64,000 bases of DNA from Phoronis australis. Taxonomy: Eukaryota > Animalia > Phoronida. A program made the translations under genes and the position numbers. Positions 10,708 to 25,700 of this stretch are shown one piece after another. Under the pieces are notes generated by a model that did not search any database, was not told where the DNA came from, and saw nothing but the letters and a program-made list of their open reading frames with translations. The DNA lies in contig NMRA01000083.1 in NCBI GenBank assembly GCA_002633005.1, positions 897,161 through 961,160 on the forward strand, read 5' to 3'. Within the stretch, counting starts at the first letter, position 1; each line of letters starts with the position of its first letter.

Positions 10708-13700
10708 CTAAAACGATCCAATTTCATTATATGTCACACACAACCATTAGGCAAACAAAGTTGCTACATTCTATGACTTTCTTTTGCGGAGTATTCATTT
10801 AATGCTCAGGCACACGTTTCAGGGAGATGTGAAGTAAACGAAAGCCAATTTTAGCCTAAATTACTTTATTAATCTCTGTAAAATGTTCACGAGAGTAATT
10901 ATTAATGTCAACTAATTATACAATAAAATATTTTGTGAGTATTTCCGACAATTATCCCTTGTGTGGACAAAAATGTCTGCAACCTAATTCGTTTTAAGGA
11001 AAGGCTCCGGATCAGTTACCACCCAACCTAACTCGAGACCCAGCTTATAAATGAATCTATGACACTGCGCGAAGTTTTGAATTTTACTCGAGGCGTGGCA
11101 TGTGATTGGACAAGTTTTTTTCAGAGTCTCGAGTAAAGTATGACGATCAGCCATAGGTCCAGGTCTATCTTATTCATTTTCTGACAGAATTTCAAATGTT
11201 TTGGAGTGGCAATGTGGGCAATAGTCTTATATAACGTGCCAGTATTTTGAGAACCATTTTGATGCCTGTTATGTTACATTTTACGTTGCTAAACACTCCT
11301 AAATTGAATCAAGTTGTTACAATTTATGTAATTGTTACAATTACGTCCAATGCACGGCATGCGAGAAATGTACTATTGTTACATTTTACGAAAGTGACGT
11401 CATAATTCACGAGTTTGCATGGTATTTGTCACACAGAGGATAACGGTTCACACACTTAACGGCTTCTTTCTCAGATTGTTTGAATGAAATTCTGTCAAAC
11501 TTTCCAGCTCCAATTCATAGATGTGTCCCTATGTGCTTTTCATTGTTTTTGTAACAGGAATAGTTTCTTGGTATATTCAAAAATCTACCCCGTACAGTTC
11601 CAATTCCAGACGAAAGGAGTTTGCAGGATCAGGTAATAAATTATTTTATCGTTAGGTGTTCTTGTAATCTTTTGTTGGCGCTCACTGGTCATAAACCAAT
11701 TGTGTATCCGGCATTACAGTAGACACACTTTCCTTAGTAAGCACAACAGAACCAATGACGGAGAATTCAAATTTGGAAGATAATGTGATAGAAAAAACCC
11801 CCGTTTTAGTCCACTGTAGTTTGATTTATTTCAGCCAGTGTTTTATTGCTTTGAAGTCATCGCTAATTCAGTAATTGCCCTGTTCCACTCAAAAGGAGCG
11901 AGGCCAAAGTTTCTGGTGTCGACGGGTTCTGTCTACAACCTTAGTTGCGAAAGACAATCATTGTGATGGAAGGAAATAAAATCACGCATTTATATGCACG
12001 CAGGTTGACAGATTTTTTCCAGTGCAACAGCAAAAGATCGCCTTTGAAAAGGGCGATCCAATAGTTTAAAAAAGTGGCGTCATAATCCCGTGTTTTGAAC
12101 AGCTTAAAAGCTGACATAACATTGTTCCTATGATGTAAAACCTGTCTGAAATAGTGCTGGTAACAAGAGATCATATCATTCTGCGACGTGTATATATAAA
12201 AATGGGAAGTCTAGGTGGTGAAATAGAAAGTATTTTAGCACTCTGAAAGGACATGATAATTTTGCTCAAACCGGGTATATGTCGATAGGGCAACAGTCCG
12301 AAAAAAGCTGACTGTCGGCCTTTCGGACTACAAAAACATGCACTTTCTCTCTCCATTATCTTTTAAGATAAAACATTAAATAAAACCGCATTTTTAACGT
12401 TCGTTAGTCCTAAGCACATATTAGCAAAGACACAGATTGGACATTCTACGATTAATGAACGCGAAGCCACGTTTCTCATGAGGCACCATTTTTGTGTTGC
12501 AGCTCGCTGTCAACACAACACGCGTGGTTGTAGGTAGATAAGGGAATTTGGCATCATTGCTACATCGCATATAAAGCGCATATTAAACATCACTGGTTTC
12601 GACGATGGCAGTTTTTGTTCCATACAACACACTTTCAATGAAACTTAGTTCAAATCACTCAGTTAAATTATCGTGTTCTTACGGAAGGAAACGCTATTGT
12701 CATCGCAGTAATGGCAAGGTAGCGCTGCACGCTAAGAGTTTTTTACTGTGACAATCTGGGAACATTTTCATGTGCTAATTGACACAAAACCTTTTTTATT
12801 CGATTGGTAATTATTCAAGCAAAATATAAGCAACTACTAGCGACGACACTACCCTTTGATTGTTGGCGATAACAGAGGCACCTGGCGATAACTTCGATGG
12901 GACTGAAGTTGACCGTTCGCACTGCAACCGGTAGCGTCAACGCTCCGCTGTTAAATCCACCTGTTTATTGCGAAGTTAACTGGCGCTGTTCACTTCGATA
13001 TTGGACCGAAGTTAGCCGTTCGTACTGATCGCAGCTCCCCAAAACATCGACGCGTCGACGTTAGTATGAAGGGTCCGTATGAATATAAGGGCCCGTTCCA
13101 CATAAAGTTGTGGCGTGTTTAGTATATACCAGCTATTCTAATGACTCGATGACCGCAGCCATAACAGACAACTCGCCAGTTCTCGAAAAATGTCTGCCTC
13201 CAGAGTTCAACTTAACGCAATTTTTGAACTTACAAATAATCGTGGAACGAGCCCCAGTTCTTTGAAAACGAGAGACAAAAATGATAATGCGATGGGTATT
13301 CTCACGTTTAAAATGAAGTCGCAAGTAAAAGATCACAGTCTGAATTCTGTTTTTCGTGACAAACTTCAGAAGGACATAGTTTTATTTCACAAACAATACT
13401 GTGCTTGCCGATAGTTCAGAAACAATCATTTTTTGAAGTTGGCGCACGTCTAAACAAGATTTTAAATCGCAACCTCCTCGTTTCCAAAAAGTAGGCTTAC
13501 GCCGCATTCATAGCTCCCAAGACGTTTCTCACAATATCGTTAAGGCGGAACATAGGAACCCCTTTATAATCCTTTTAAAATAGTATTCGCTGTCTATTAT
13601 GGGAAACCCAGTAAAAACATCGAACCATGAGATGGTTTTAAAATCTTTGAGGACCATGTTGTATTAGTACTTTTCTAAACATGTGTTGTGTAGAATTGTA

Positions 13701-16700
13701 CTGTTTCCTAGTTAAATAAATTAATTCACTAATAATCATGATAATGTAATAGTAATAAAAGTTATAATGGGTAGCCAAAATCGTACTGTCGTACTGTGTC
13801 AGCCGGAGGGCATTCCTATAGAAGAGGTATACGAAAAATGCCGCCCAAAAAGGTGTTTATTTCACAGCAAAAAATAGTCTCCAAAATGGTGCCATTTTCG
13901 ACAAAATACTATCTAAAAGGGTGCCTTTTCTAAATTTCTGGAAGAGAAATTTGCGAAAGTTTGAGTTTTACACAACATTACTCTCTAAGTGGTCACTTTT
14001 TTGTTCGAGACCACTCTCGTACTGGGTAGGTGTCCAAATTTTGCGGGCGGCACCCATCGTTCAAGAGTACTCGAGTATCCTCCGGCCGTGTCAGATACCA
14101 CATGTTCGGGATTTTGGTCGTTTTATTTGCAATTTGACGTTGGTTTCTAAAAATGTAACAATGGTGCATTTCTCTCATGTACATCTGACGTAAAATGTAA
14201 CAGTTACCTAAAATGTAACAACTGGTTACATTTTAGGAGAGGCTTAGTAACGTAAAATGTAACAATGACGTAAAATGCAGCAGTTGTTATAGTTTATGAA
14301 ATTGTTACATTTTACGACATATCAATGCCTGCCGACGTGCAATGAGAAGCATTCTAAAGCATTTAATAGGTTTTATACATGTAGGCTTGTCGTCACTGTC
14401 CACCATTGTGGATGATAACTCCATTATCAACATAATGCCTTCTCTAGTGACTTTAACGACTGTGCCCTGGTGATGAGTATATCAGTGTTTCAGCAAGTTT
14501 TGACCATGCGCATTGAAAAATGTTATGAGCATTCACCAAGCCCACTGGCGCTGTCACATTTGAATTTTAGACTATTCAAAAAAGTTTAGATCTGTTCTGC
14601 CAGCGAATTCCACCAAGACTTATTGTCGGTGAGACGCCATGATCAGTGACCAGTGATAGCTAAAAGTTGCATGAAGAACATCATTTAAAGTAACGAAAGG
14701 ATATTAGATTTTACGCATCGCACATAAATATCTTGACGCCTCGTGGCCTTTTTGACAACATCAAGTTGGGAAAGTTTGAGACCACAGTCCGATATTAAAA
14801 TCGATTCAAACCTACCTGATGACATCTGCCTCACGTCTTTTACGTCTTCTAAGCTCAAGACATGGTCGAAATAAAACAGGTCTTTCATCCATCCGTCCAT
14901 GTATATATCAGCGGCGTACCCTGAAAATTAGGCAACACAAATACATAGCGTAAGAAGTTTTTTTCGCGAGATACCACCGTGGACATTTTGGAAGATGCTG
15001 TACTGCTAAGGATTAGGAAATTAACTCTGTCTTGTTTTTTCACAGACTAATTATTCCCCGTCGTGAGCAACAAAATGTGTAAGATTACTTGAGGTATTTT
15101 CCACAAATATCTAACCATGCACTGCAGAACAGTTGTGCTTGGCACTATTTGGTTAACATGAATGGCAGTGAAAGGAGTGTTCTTCCCTCCATGAGATGCC
15201 CGTTGCAGTCTGGTGACGCCTTCGTGTTTCCAGTAAGCGGGAGTACCGGGAGGCCTACATCCAGAATCATTCTTCGGAACAAGGCGCCGCTCCGGCTGCT
15301 CAGTCTGTAGTTAAAAGGTGGTAAAATTGAAAGAATCAGAAATACGATTATGTGACTTCGGCAACTTACCCACGAATACTGTATGAGACGCGTCGTCGTC
15401 AGACATGCTCACAAGATTTTCCTGGTTATTGAGCTCCGCATGGCCGTCAACGTAGAACGAAATTCTAAAAGCACGGAAAATAAATGATTCTGTGGTATCA
15501 AACCATTGTATTTTCATACTACGCCAATGTTTTGATGCAGTCGTGAAATAACATGGCACGCAGTCGTAAAACACTCGCTTGGAAGTATTCTAGTTGCTTC
15601 AACGAGACAGGTTGTGTTTTAAAAGGTAGTCACTGAAAACCATAGCCGTCAAGTCACCAAAATAGCTCAAAAATCCTGAGAATAACTCCCATGATCTTTG
15701 GCAAAGGTGAGTAAAAGCACGTGCAGTTAAACATATTTCTACACTAAGATCGGAATGAAAACCGTGCTTCCTTTGGTCACATTTCGGTAAAATGTAACTA
15801 GGCATCTTCTTGTACTTGTGGCAGGAGAACCACGGTCAAATTTAGATGTCTTCTGGTTTGTAATTTGCTGAGTCAAAACGTTTTAGTACCTGTTAGTTTG
15901 AGAGTCAAAGGTAAAGGCGATGTGATGCCACTGACCGTCGGACACATACGAAGTACCATCTGGAACATAAATTGCAAAGCTGTCGAAGAGGCTATGGTGC
16001 TCGTTTCCCAGTCATTCTGCCATCAGAGCGGACAGGTTGGTCGGTAAAATGTGTTAGTTTTTTACTCTTCATTGCTGACGCGCGCTCATTTTTGGCGGCA
16101 CAAATACAGTGGTTTGCGGCACAACGACTGGTTTTGTGTTCAAAACTGAAAAAAGTCCTGCCAATGTTTTGTGAGTGTTATATGAATTTTTGGCTCTACC
16201 ATTCAACAAAGACGTGTGAACCGATTTCTTACAGCGTCAAAGTAGCACGATAGGAATGTATTAAGACCTCAGTTACGATCTCACGAGTAGAACTACGGGA
16301 AACGCAAGGATAAAAGATAAATACCTATCGTTCTGACATTAAATATGCCAACTTTGATTTTTCCGCTTGATAGAGCGAATCGTTTTCCATTTACCCCATA
16401 GGTTTCTGGAAGGAGAAAAAACAATTTCACAAACAGCTTAAAAACTCTATTTTCCGCATTTTGTTTGATTAAAATCGATAGCAAGAGTTTTAACACAAAC
16501 CAAGTCAGTCAAAACTCATTCAAAGATACATGTAAATGCTCTTTCAACATGACCTCATTTATATGCGCTAACTGCGAAGCGATACCGAAGCTAGTTTAGA
16601 GTGAAACAACACGTGTAGGAGAGATAAAAGGTCATATATATTATGACAAACTAGACTACTACAGATATCGATAAATACAAAAGTTATATAATATGTTGAA

Positions 16701-19700
16701 CTGTAAAGGTGGGTGACAATCTGCCAAGGCACAAAGCAGCAATGAAGGCATACACAAGTGTTGCACTAGGAAGATAAGTAACAATATGCGGCTATGCGGA
16801 AGCAAAACAGCAACACCAGGACAGCGACGTGGGAAAATTTAGTGTAAACTGTGAAGTAAGGAAAATTGGTTTGAGGGAGGGAAAGAGAAAATGACTGAAA
16901 ACTCGAAAATGGAGAGGATTATGGACGATGGCCCGGTGTTGTGACAAGACAAAGAGATCACGTGGTACAATTAAACTAATAGTCGTAGAACAAAGGGGGT
17001 CACTGACCCGAGAATCCAATAACAATATGATAATGAGGACGAAGCAGTATAGCTTACATAAAATAATTTAATACTTTAAATAATATTTATATGCGCTAAC
17101 TGCGAAGCGATACGGAAGTTAATTTACAGTGAAACAACACGTGTAGGAGAGATAAAAGGTCATATATATTATGACAAACTAAACTCCAACAGATATCGAT
17201 AAATACAAAAGTTATATAATATGTTGAACTGTAAAGGTGGGTGACAACCTGCCACAGATGCAGCAGAAGGATGCATCCGCCCCCCAAGGGAGAGCGAGCG
17301 AGGCTGACAAAAGTAGCATGAGTAAAAGGGGTCCTAATTTAAAAAGAGCCAAAATTAAATAAAGAGCTAAATGTTGATTTTGAATATCTTGTGTAGCGTC
17401 ACCACAGTCGAATGCGATTGAACATTTAATTCAGTGAAGTTGTCAGTATTGAGAAAACGTAAATACGTACAGGGTTGTTCCCATTTTTGGAATATCCTTC
17501 AGTTGATCAGGCTGTTAAAATTGCAGATATACATCACAGGCTTATAGCTCTCCCTACAAAGAATTATGGATGATGGAGTGTGCTCCGGCAACGCAATCCC
17601 GTGTTGTTGATTTATTTTTTCTATAAGAGAACGGAACAGTCAGTCTCTGAAAACCTTCGAATCATCTAGTTCATGAAAAACACTATGCTGTAGGGTTTTG
17701 ATGCATTAAATCGCTGAATTTTGTCAATGCTTACCATTGGCTTGTTGTCGTCCGAACAAGCCAACATTTTCTGAGGTTGTTTTAACGAAGAGCGAGAACG
17801 ACCAGTCTCGCTTGAAGTTGATGTCGTAACCCGCAGTAAAACGAGTGGTACCATCGAAGAAGGCTTCATTTGAGAGTAACGGGGCCACTGAAAATGAAAC
17901 GTGACATTAAAGTTTTCTAAAATAAGGGAGTAGATGTGGATAAATCTGTGTGTTCAAAAAACTTGCCCGCAACAGAACAAAGCCACGAGAAACGGCTGGA
18001 GAAGGGTGCACAAATCTTTATATTTGATGCATGATGTAGTTCTGGTAATTTCCTGCACCATTCCTTGACGAACAGTTGAAATAAATCAATCTTGCAAAGT
18101 CCTAACTCTAAAGGTCTGACAAATTACGTAGCCGGAGGCCGCTTTAGCATATCTTATAGGCCTAGGTGTCAGGTGTCCCAAAATGTATACAATATAATCA
18201 GAATTAGGAACAAAGGAATGGACTCGCTCCCACTTTTCTTTTTTTTGGTTCGTTATTCAAAACGTCTAGACTGGTTTCTATATCAGAAATTAAACAGCTC
18301 CGAGCTCGTTGTCAAATGATTGGTAATAAAATGGATATCGAATAACTTAGCATTGAAGGCTGCCCCTCCCTCGTGACTAGCACAGAAGTTTCCCTTCAGA
18401 CATATAAATAATTGTCTTTTGCATTTATCTCCATCCGGCAAGTGCAACACCTTTAGAAAGACACTCCCACACATACACACTCTGATATTATTACGCTCGT
18501 AGTAAGTGCGCAGTGTGGCCTGGTTGATAAGTGCCCGCTTTCTTTACTCGAGGTCGTGGGTTCAAGTCCCACCAGGTCACACTGCTAAACCGTTGAGCCA
18601 GGTTTCTAGCTCCTCAGCTCGGTTTTAACCATATATCAATAAAGCATAAAAATATTTCCAGGTGATCAGTGCAATGGGCCCACATGCGAGGCCTGCGCAC
18701 GTCTGATACAACGTGTATCAGACCGCCTGCAATTATTAAGTGCGCAGCATTTATGCAAACTTCATCCAGCAGACTGTACAGTCGGTAGACTCTGTATTAT
18801 ACTGCTTATAGTATAATTGGATTAATTAATTATGTATGGTTAGTATAATAACAAACAAGCGGTGTTTTACGTAATTACTGTCTAAATACTTTTTCAATGC
18901 AAAAGTAACGACAAAAAGTCAGGTCAGATCATGTGACTTTGCAAATAAGGAAGTTATACAGCTATGAATTTTGAATGTATTTTCGGCTTACACGACTACG
19001 CAACGGAGACTTGAATGAAGCTGGGTTGGTTAAAATGCGCACACAAGTCACATGGTGAATATGGTCAAAACATGGCCTCGATTTTAAGACTATTCCCCAG
19101 AAATCACACTCGGAAAGTCGATTTCCAGATATGTCATTGAACTTGTATAATTTTTCGGAAATTTGCCTGTTCGCTTAGTTTTTGCAATGTGATTGTCACA
19201 TAGCTTTGAGAGTTTTCTTTGTAAGGGTAGAGTTTTTTGTCAAGCGACAACGTCAAGTTTCTGAGCAACCATTACATTTTAACTCACCCAATTCTTCCCC
19301 ATACATGCAAACTTGTATTTGGTAGCGTTTTCCTCCCATACTTTTAAGATATGTTAGTTGGGGTTCTCTATTTTTTTGCTTGGTTGTGTACTTATGCGTG
19401 CACTATTTTGAATTAATATGCACGCCTTTCTGCAATTCTTGACAACAGGTGTTTTAATGAATGGTATTGTGACTAATAAAACGTGGAACTAGGGAAATGT
19501 AAATCATTCGACCCCCCACTCCATTATCATAGTCCATTAGATACTTTGTTAACCTAAAGTACACACACATAAGTTGAATTTTGGGGTAGGATGATGAAAT
19601 GCTGGCAAATTATATAGTATCGATTTCCCGCCAAATACGTCTAAGACGACCGGGGAGGAGGGTGCGAAATCGCGACGAGGGGGGTGAGGGAGTAGTGGGA

Positions 19701-22700
19701 ATTTGGAACAACCAGGGAATATTCGTTTTCGAGTTGCAGGCAATTGAGTTCTGTCTGTTTGCCCCCAATACTTTTTACGTATGGACTTCTAAACAAATTT
19801 AAAGTCACGAATTACACTACAGAATGGGCTACAACATACGCAATCGACTTTGACACTTCCTAATGACAAGAATCACACCATCTTCAGGGCAACACATACG
19901 CATCGCATGATCCATTGACGTCATCTCTTTGTGTCGTCACCTCAGACGTTAAGGCAACACCTCTCGCTCGATGACATAGGCAAAACACGAAATGAACACA
20001 GATTGATTAAAATGGTAAATAAACGAAATAAAGCAGATCGGGGCACATGCCTCTATAATGACAAGTCACTAACACCGTGCAAGACCAATACTGTGTCCGA
20101 ATCAATGCATAATCACTTACTAAAATTATCGTATCCATAAAGCTCCAGTCTCAACGATTTGTAACCATGATAGGCAGTTGGCTTGATTCTAATTTTTCTT
20201 GCTAACTGAGGTGCATCAAACACCTGATATACCGTCGTATTTTGGTTCGAATTCCCTGCAAACTAACGTAAAAACATCTGTTAACAATTACTGGTGCTTG
20301 AAGTAAACTACTGAACCGCAGTTCAAGCTTTTCGGCTGGCACACATTAATTTTATCAACACGAAATTCATAAATAAGCAATATTTATTCAAAGCCTTGTC
20401 TAGAAGTTGAAAAACATGAGAAGAAAGGTACATGCCCGGTAACTGGCCAGCTGCCACACCAGAAAACGTAAAATTCACTTCAGATAATACTTCTAGTTGA
20501 AGTAGGCGTGTACTTACGGATTTACATGCTCTACTTCCGTTTGTCCTGAGGCATTCAAAGTTGATTCCATCGCGAGAAACGTGGACCTCCATTGCAGTCA
20601 CCCACTGGTCAGCGTCTGCTCTACCCTTTGAAAAGAATACATGGGAATGCCATGTATTTCCAAACGTCAACTGCAAAATCTTTGATACAAATAGCCGTTG
20701 GAGCTGTCGAAGTGCTATAAATTACCTAGCGGCGTATAATTTCCCGATATTCCTAAATATTGCAGTTGAAGTATGCCTCTTTGCTGTTATTTTCCTTGGT
20801 AAACGGCCGTTTAGCTTGGCGCATAAAGCACATTTTTGGAAAAAGCACATTTTTGGAAACATCGTCCCCACATGCACGCGTGAAAATCAAGTACGGAACA
20901 TAATTCTGAGAAATGGAGGTGAATAGCAAAACACTCTCGATATTCGCTAATGTACTTCATAAACTGTGATCGCAATCCGGTAAGTAATGTAGGAGGAGAT
21001 AAACACAGTATAGAAAATTTCCTACGTGCTTGGTTGAAAATCAAGAACGGAGCCTAATCCAAGGAAATACGGGCTCATCCCAAAGCGTAGATCTTGTGCA
21101 CTATCGCACTTCGTACATATGGTTTTTGAAAATTTAGTTGACATCAGAAGAGAAGTGTTGGAGGAGTTAAGCACAGAACATTTCTATGCACTGACATAAA
21201 AACGGACATGTGGAATTGCGGACACGTGAAGCAGTATTAATGGTACTCTCTCTCTCTCTCTCTCACTAATTCACACGTTATCTGACTCCTGTATACAGTA
21301 CAAATAAGTGCATAGCGAACTGACGCCATTCTCAGTTGCATAAAAGTTATTTGCACTATAGCAACAATGACGTCGCATTATCACGTGTCACATTGTTATT
21401 GTTGAACAATGCACCTGATGTCACGCAACATTCGAACTTAACCAGCGGATAACTTTTGAAGCTTTATGCAACTGAGCCCAGGTCAATCGCAGAATGTCTC
21501 AGAATTTCGACACAAAATATGTAATCTGTCTGAAAAACACACTTTTTAATGTTCATTGTCATTCAGTAGCCGATCACAAAGACACAGAATCGTAGACCTG
21601 ATATTGGACTAAAGACATTTATCGATGCATGATGGCTTGTTTGTTGTGGGCGGTAACAATATCCATTGGGCTTAAACCAAACATTTTCACGAGATTATGA
21701 ATATTGCGGGCTGCCTTTTACCTGTGTACCAGTCTTAGTGACCACTGCAAGCGTGCCAATGTCCACTTCAACGTAGTCGGTTGATACGGAGGACGAAAGA
21801 AAACACAAAGCCATCGATGAGTTAAGAGGTAGATACGCGAGTGTACAGTAAGGGTGTTGAGAGGTCGACATTGTCTGACCGTAAGGTATTCTTCCGTCTT
21901 GTACGCCCAACGCTGAAGACGTTGGTGAATTATCTGGGAATACATACAGCTGCTTGTTAGTGGAAAAGAAATTTCAAACCCCCTATAGTCGAAAATGTTC
22001 CAGTAAATACGACAGGTGAAATACTTATCATTAAAGGCGTTTAGAGTGTTTCAAACGCGTGATAATTTTGGATTTATGGTATAGGCTTACTTGCAAAATT
22101 TTATATGGGATTTCGAAATTACAACAAATATGCAAGCAACTTCAATCATAACGTTACTGGATAAAGAATAGAGCTTTATACCTTTATGTCCATACACTCC
22201 TAGTCTCATAGACTTGTAGTTGTGGTATGTGACTGGCTGAACTCTAATGTACCTGGCCAACTGAGGCTCACGAAACGGTTGGAACACAATTGTATTTTTG
22301 TCAGCATTTCCTTTGAACTACAAACGGAGAAAGATTATATACACAAGGATATTTGTTTACTGAAGTCAAGCTACCAGTGTTCGCTATAGGCTTCGTGCAA
22401 TCACCAGGAAGATTTTTTGAGAATTTTAACACTTCTATCACAAACAGACTCAATGGAATTGGAGAATTTACTCACAGTACTTGCGAAGCACACCCGCACC
22501 CACTACCCAGGCATGTGCATGTATGTATGGGCTCTCGAATTCAAATATAAATGTAGAAACGCGTTCAAAACTATCGGGAAGAAATTTGTAATCTGTAGAT
22601 TTGTATCTGTTTCTTGTATCAAATGCATCAAACAAATAAATAAAATCTGATTGTTGCATTCGGGTGCAGCAGCATCTGGAATGTATGATGCTCAGCTTTG

Positions 22701-25700
22701 CCTTCCTTGAACGAATTATTTGTTATTCTTGACGTTTCTGTCTGTTTTGAAAGTCCAAGCAACGAGTAGTTCACACAAAAACTCAAATTAATAAACCCAC
22801 TTCTGCATCCGTGAAGTTTGAACTTGACTTTTCGCACCGTCTCACATTTACATGGACGCGAGACCTCAGGGCAAACATCAAAGGCAACAACCGATAATTT
22901 TATACTGAAGAAGACCGGTTATCAGATTGGGAGCAGAACGTTTTTTATTCTCGATATTTTACTGAAAACTGTGTGTCAGGCTTGGCAAATGCACTTAGGA
23001 ACCTTTTGCAAGTACTTCTGTTTCGAGCTGCTGTACCGGCCAGTCAGACAACCCCTGATGACTTCGTTCGACGGTGGAGTCGGCAAACGAGGCGATGGGA
23101 AGTATTCGCATCTTTTAACCTACACCGATTAAACGTAATGTTGGTTTGACAAGTAATGCTACTTGTCATTTCTGAATAAACTGGTTCGACTTGTTGATCA
23201 ATCAGGCCTGCAATACTTAAATGTTAAGCGAGAAAAAGTACAAATACTCGACTTAAGTTAAAAAAATGTCTCCAGATACATGCAAATTCACGAATGCCTT
23301 TTCAGAAGAAATACATCATTTGCTTAAACTGATTCAAAAACGTAGAATCAGGAAAGCTGTAGCTGCATTTCACCCTGATTAATTGGTCAAAAAACGAACT
23401 TTGTATTCGCCATTTTGCTTTCATGATATTCCTTGGCGTAACAGGATTCTATTTTAATTACCAACAAAAACGTCGAAATCGTTAACGACCCAAGAAAACG
23501 CTTCGGAGATTGGCCAAATTTTTAAGGCTTTGATGTTTAAACAAACTGTGGATACGAAAATGGCGAATGTTTTCAGTGGTTGTGGCTTGAGTGTCCGGCA
23601 TATTCACCAATATTTCAAGATCGGATGAGCACTGTAATGTTTTTAAACTACAAAGGCATTGCTCTAAAACGTCCTCGACCCCCACACCCCACGATGCTCC
23701 CGACTCACCACCCACGACGCACGACCCCCTCGATCCACGGTCCACAACCCCTGCGATCCAGTCTGCACAAGATCAACTCGATCTGAACATACATGTAGAA
23801 GAAGCATTGACTTGCAGGACCAACTACATGTAGTCAGCTCAGTTGGCTTTTCCCCGTTTTTTTGCAATTAAGAGAGTCGATTTAGCTAGTTTGAAAGCCG
23901 AAAACAGAAAGAAAAAAACGCGACCAAATCAAATGAAAGACCAACCAACGTTACGAATGTCGTTCCCGGCAAAGTGTAATAGTTTCGTCTGCTCTTCAAT
24001 GAATGGAAGGTTCAATTTTCTTTGGGAGAGTGCGAGGAACCGACGAATATGTAATTTCTTCAGTAAATACAGTTTGAAAATCAAAGTGTTAACCAAAAAA
24101 AAGCATCCTAACGTTACATGGAGTATACAACAGAAGGAAAATAATGAAAATGTGAACTTATGTCCATTCACGTTAACGTACTCTATCCCTAAGTTTAGTA
24201 GTACAGGGCCACTGGTAGAAGTTCGTGAAACTTTTTCCGTGACGTCGATAGCAAGCTCACACTTTGTAATTTCAGATCACGTCCTTGCGCAACTTCCTGT
24301 TTTTAACCACCAGGCTTGAGCTAGAGGAGTTTTGCGTGAAGGTAAATTTTATGGGAAAGACATTCAGCGACTTAATATGATTATGAAATGTGTAAAAAGC
24401 GCAAAGATGCATCTATTGCATCAAGTCGTGGGTCGAAGGGGTTGTGGGTCGTGGGTTGGGGAGTTGTGGATCGAGGGGGTCGTGGGATGTGGAGGTCAAG
24501 GGGGCTTTAGAGCAATCTCTGCAAAGCGCTTTGGTCAAAACTTCAATAATAACAGTAAAATAGAAGTGAATTGCAGTTTGAATTAATCACTGGACGGGCA
24601 ATATCTCAAGGAGACCAACTTACTATTTCACAATCGTTAGTCGTAAAAGATGTGATGCAGTTAAACGTCACTCCATCAGTTGAAGTGAAGATCTTCATTG
24701 AAGTCACCCATTGGTGATGCGGATCAGCTATATTTCTACCCTAATAAATAAATAACATAACTTTTTAAAAATCAAACCCTCGACAGCTTGTTTACTTCTC
24801 TAGCTGAAAATGCTTAAAAGGATATTTTCCCGGAAAAATACGATAAATCTTTATCAAAAGTAACGTGCATTGGGTTCACCACTGTTTACGACCAAAAAAC
24901 ACCAGGGTTGAAACTATGACGTAATTTTTAAGCTTTTAGATGATATTAGCACTCTGAACGACTTAGCCGGGCGTCTTTTTAGAAGAACGTTTTAGTATGT
25001 ACGTAAGGTTGCCAGATATCAGCAGCATCTAATTTTTTAGGAATGACTCAGCTTACCTGAGTTGCGGTCTTCGTTACGTAGTACAGCTGACCGAGATCAA
25101 CCTGAACATAGTCACTTGGGTCAGAGGGAAATAAAGCACACCAAGAGCCCCCTTTATTCAAAGAAAGGGAGGTTAAACTGCATGCTATATGCACACTGGT
25201 AGCTTCGATAGATTCTACAGGGATTGCACCGTCTGTGAGACCAAGAGGGCGACCACCGGACAGCACATCTGTAATACAATGACATATTGTGTACTGTAAA
25301 TGCTCAGATTTAGTGCCGCCAGACTAAGAGGACGTTTATATAACGAGTACACATGGGCGGCGCACCATAGGGAGCTGGAGGGCTATAGCCCCCCACTTTT
25401 TTCAGTGCTACGCCGCTAGGCGGTGAGCCACAGGGGGGGCTCAGGGGATTTTAGCCCTGCCCCCACTTTTTTCAGTACTGCATCGCCCATGGTACAACAC
25501 TAAAGTACATAGTTCTCAAGCACTGTATTAGATGGATGAATCAGAATTTTTAGCAGAGTATTGCACGTGCGACAACGGCCACATCCGTACCCAAGTAGCC
25601 GTACATGTGTACGCGAACTGAAGTCCCATGCAGCGCTAAGTAGGTTAATCCGGATTTTCAACTTAAAAAATCAAGTTTTGTGGGGGCGAATGTTTCCTTT

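Noticed and set aside
18506-18584. Genuine tRNA gene
   Set aside because: A and B boxes are present but acceptor and anticodon stems do not pair properly and a SINE-like body follows; the same applies to 4930-4997 and 38755-38812.
23843-24319. 158-aa ORF
   Set aside because: Lies inside a MITE, has a non-ATG start and no recognisable motifs.
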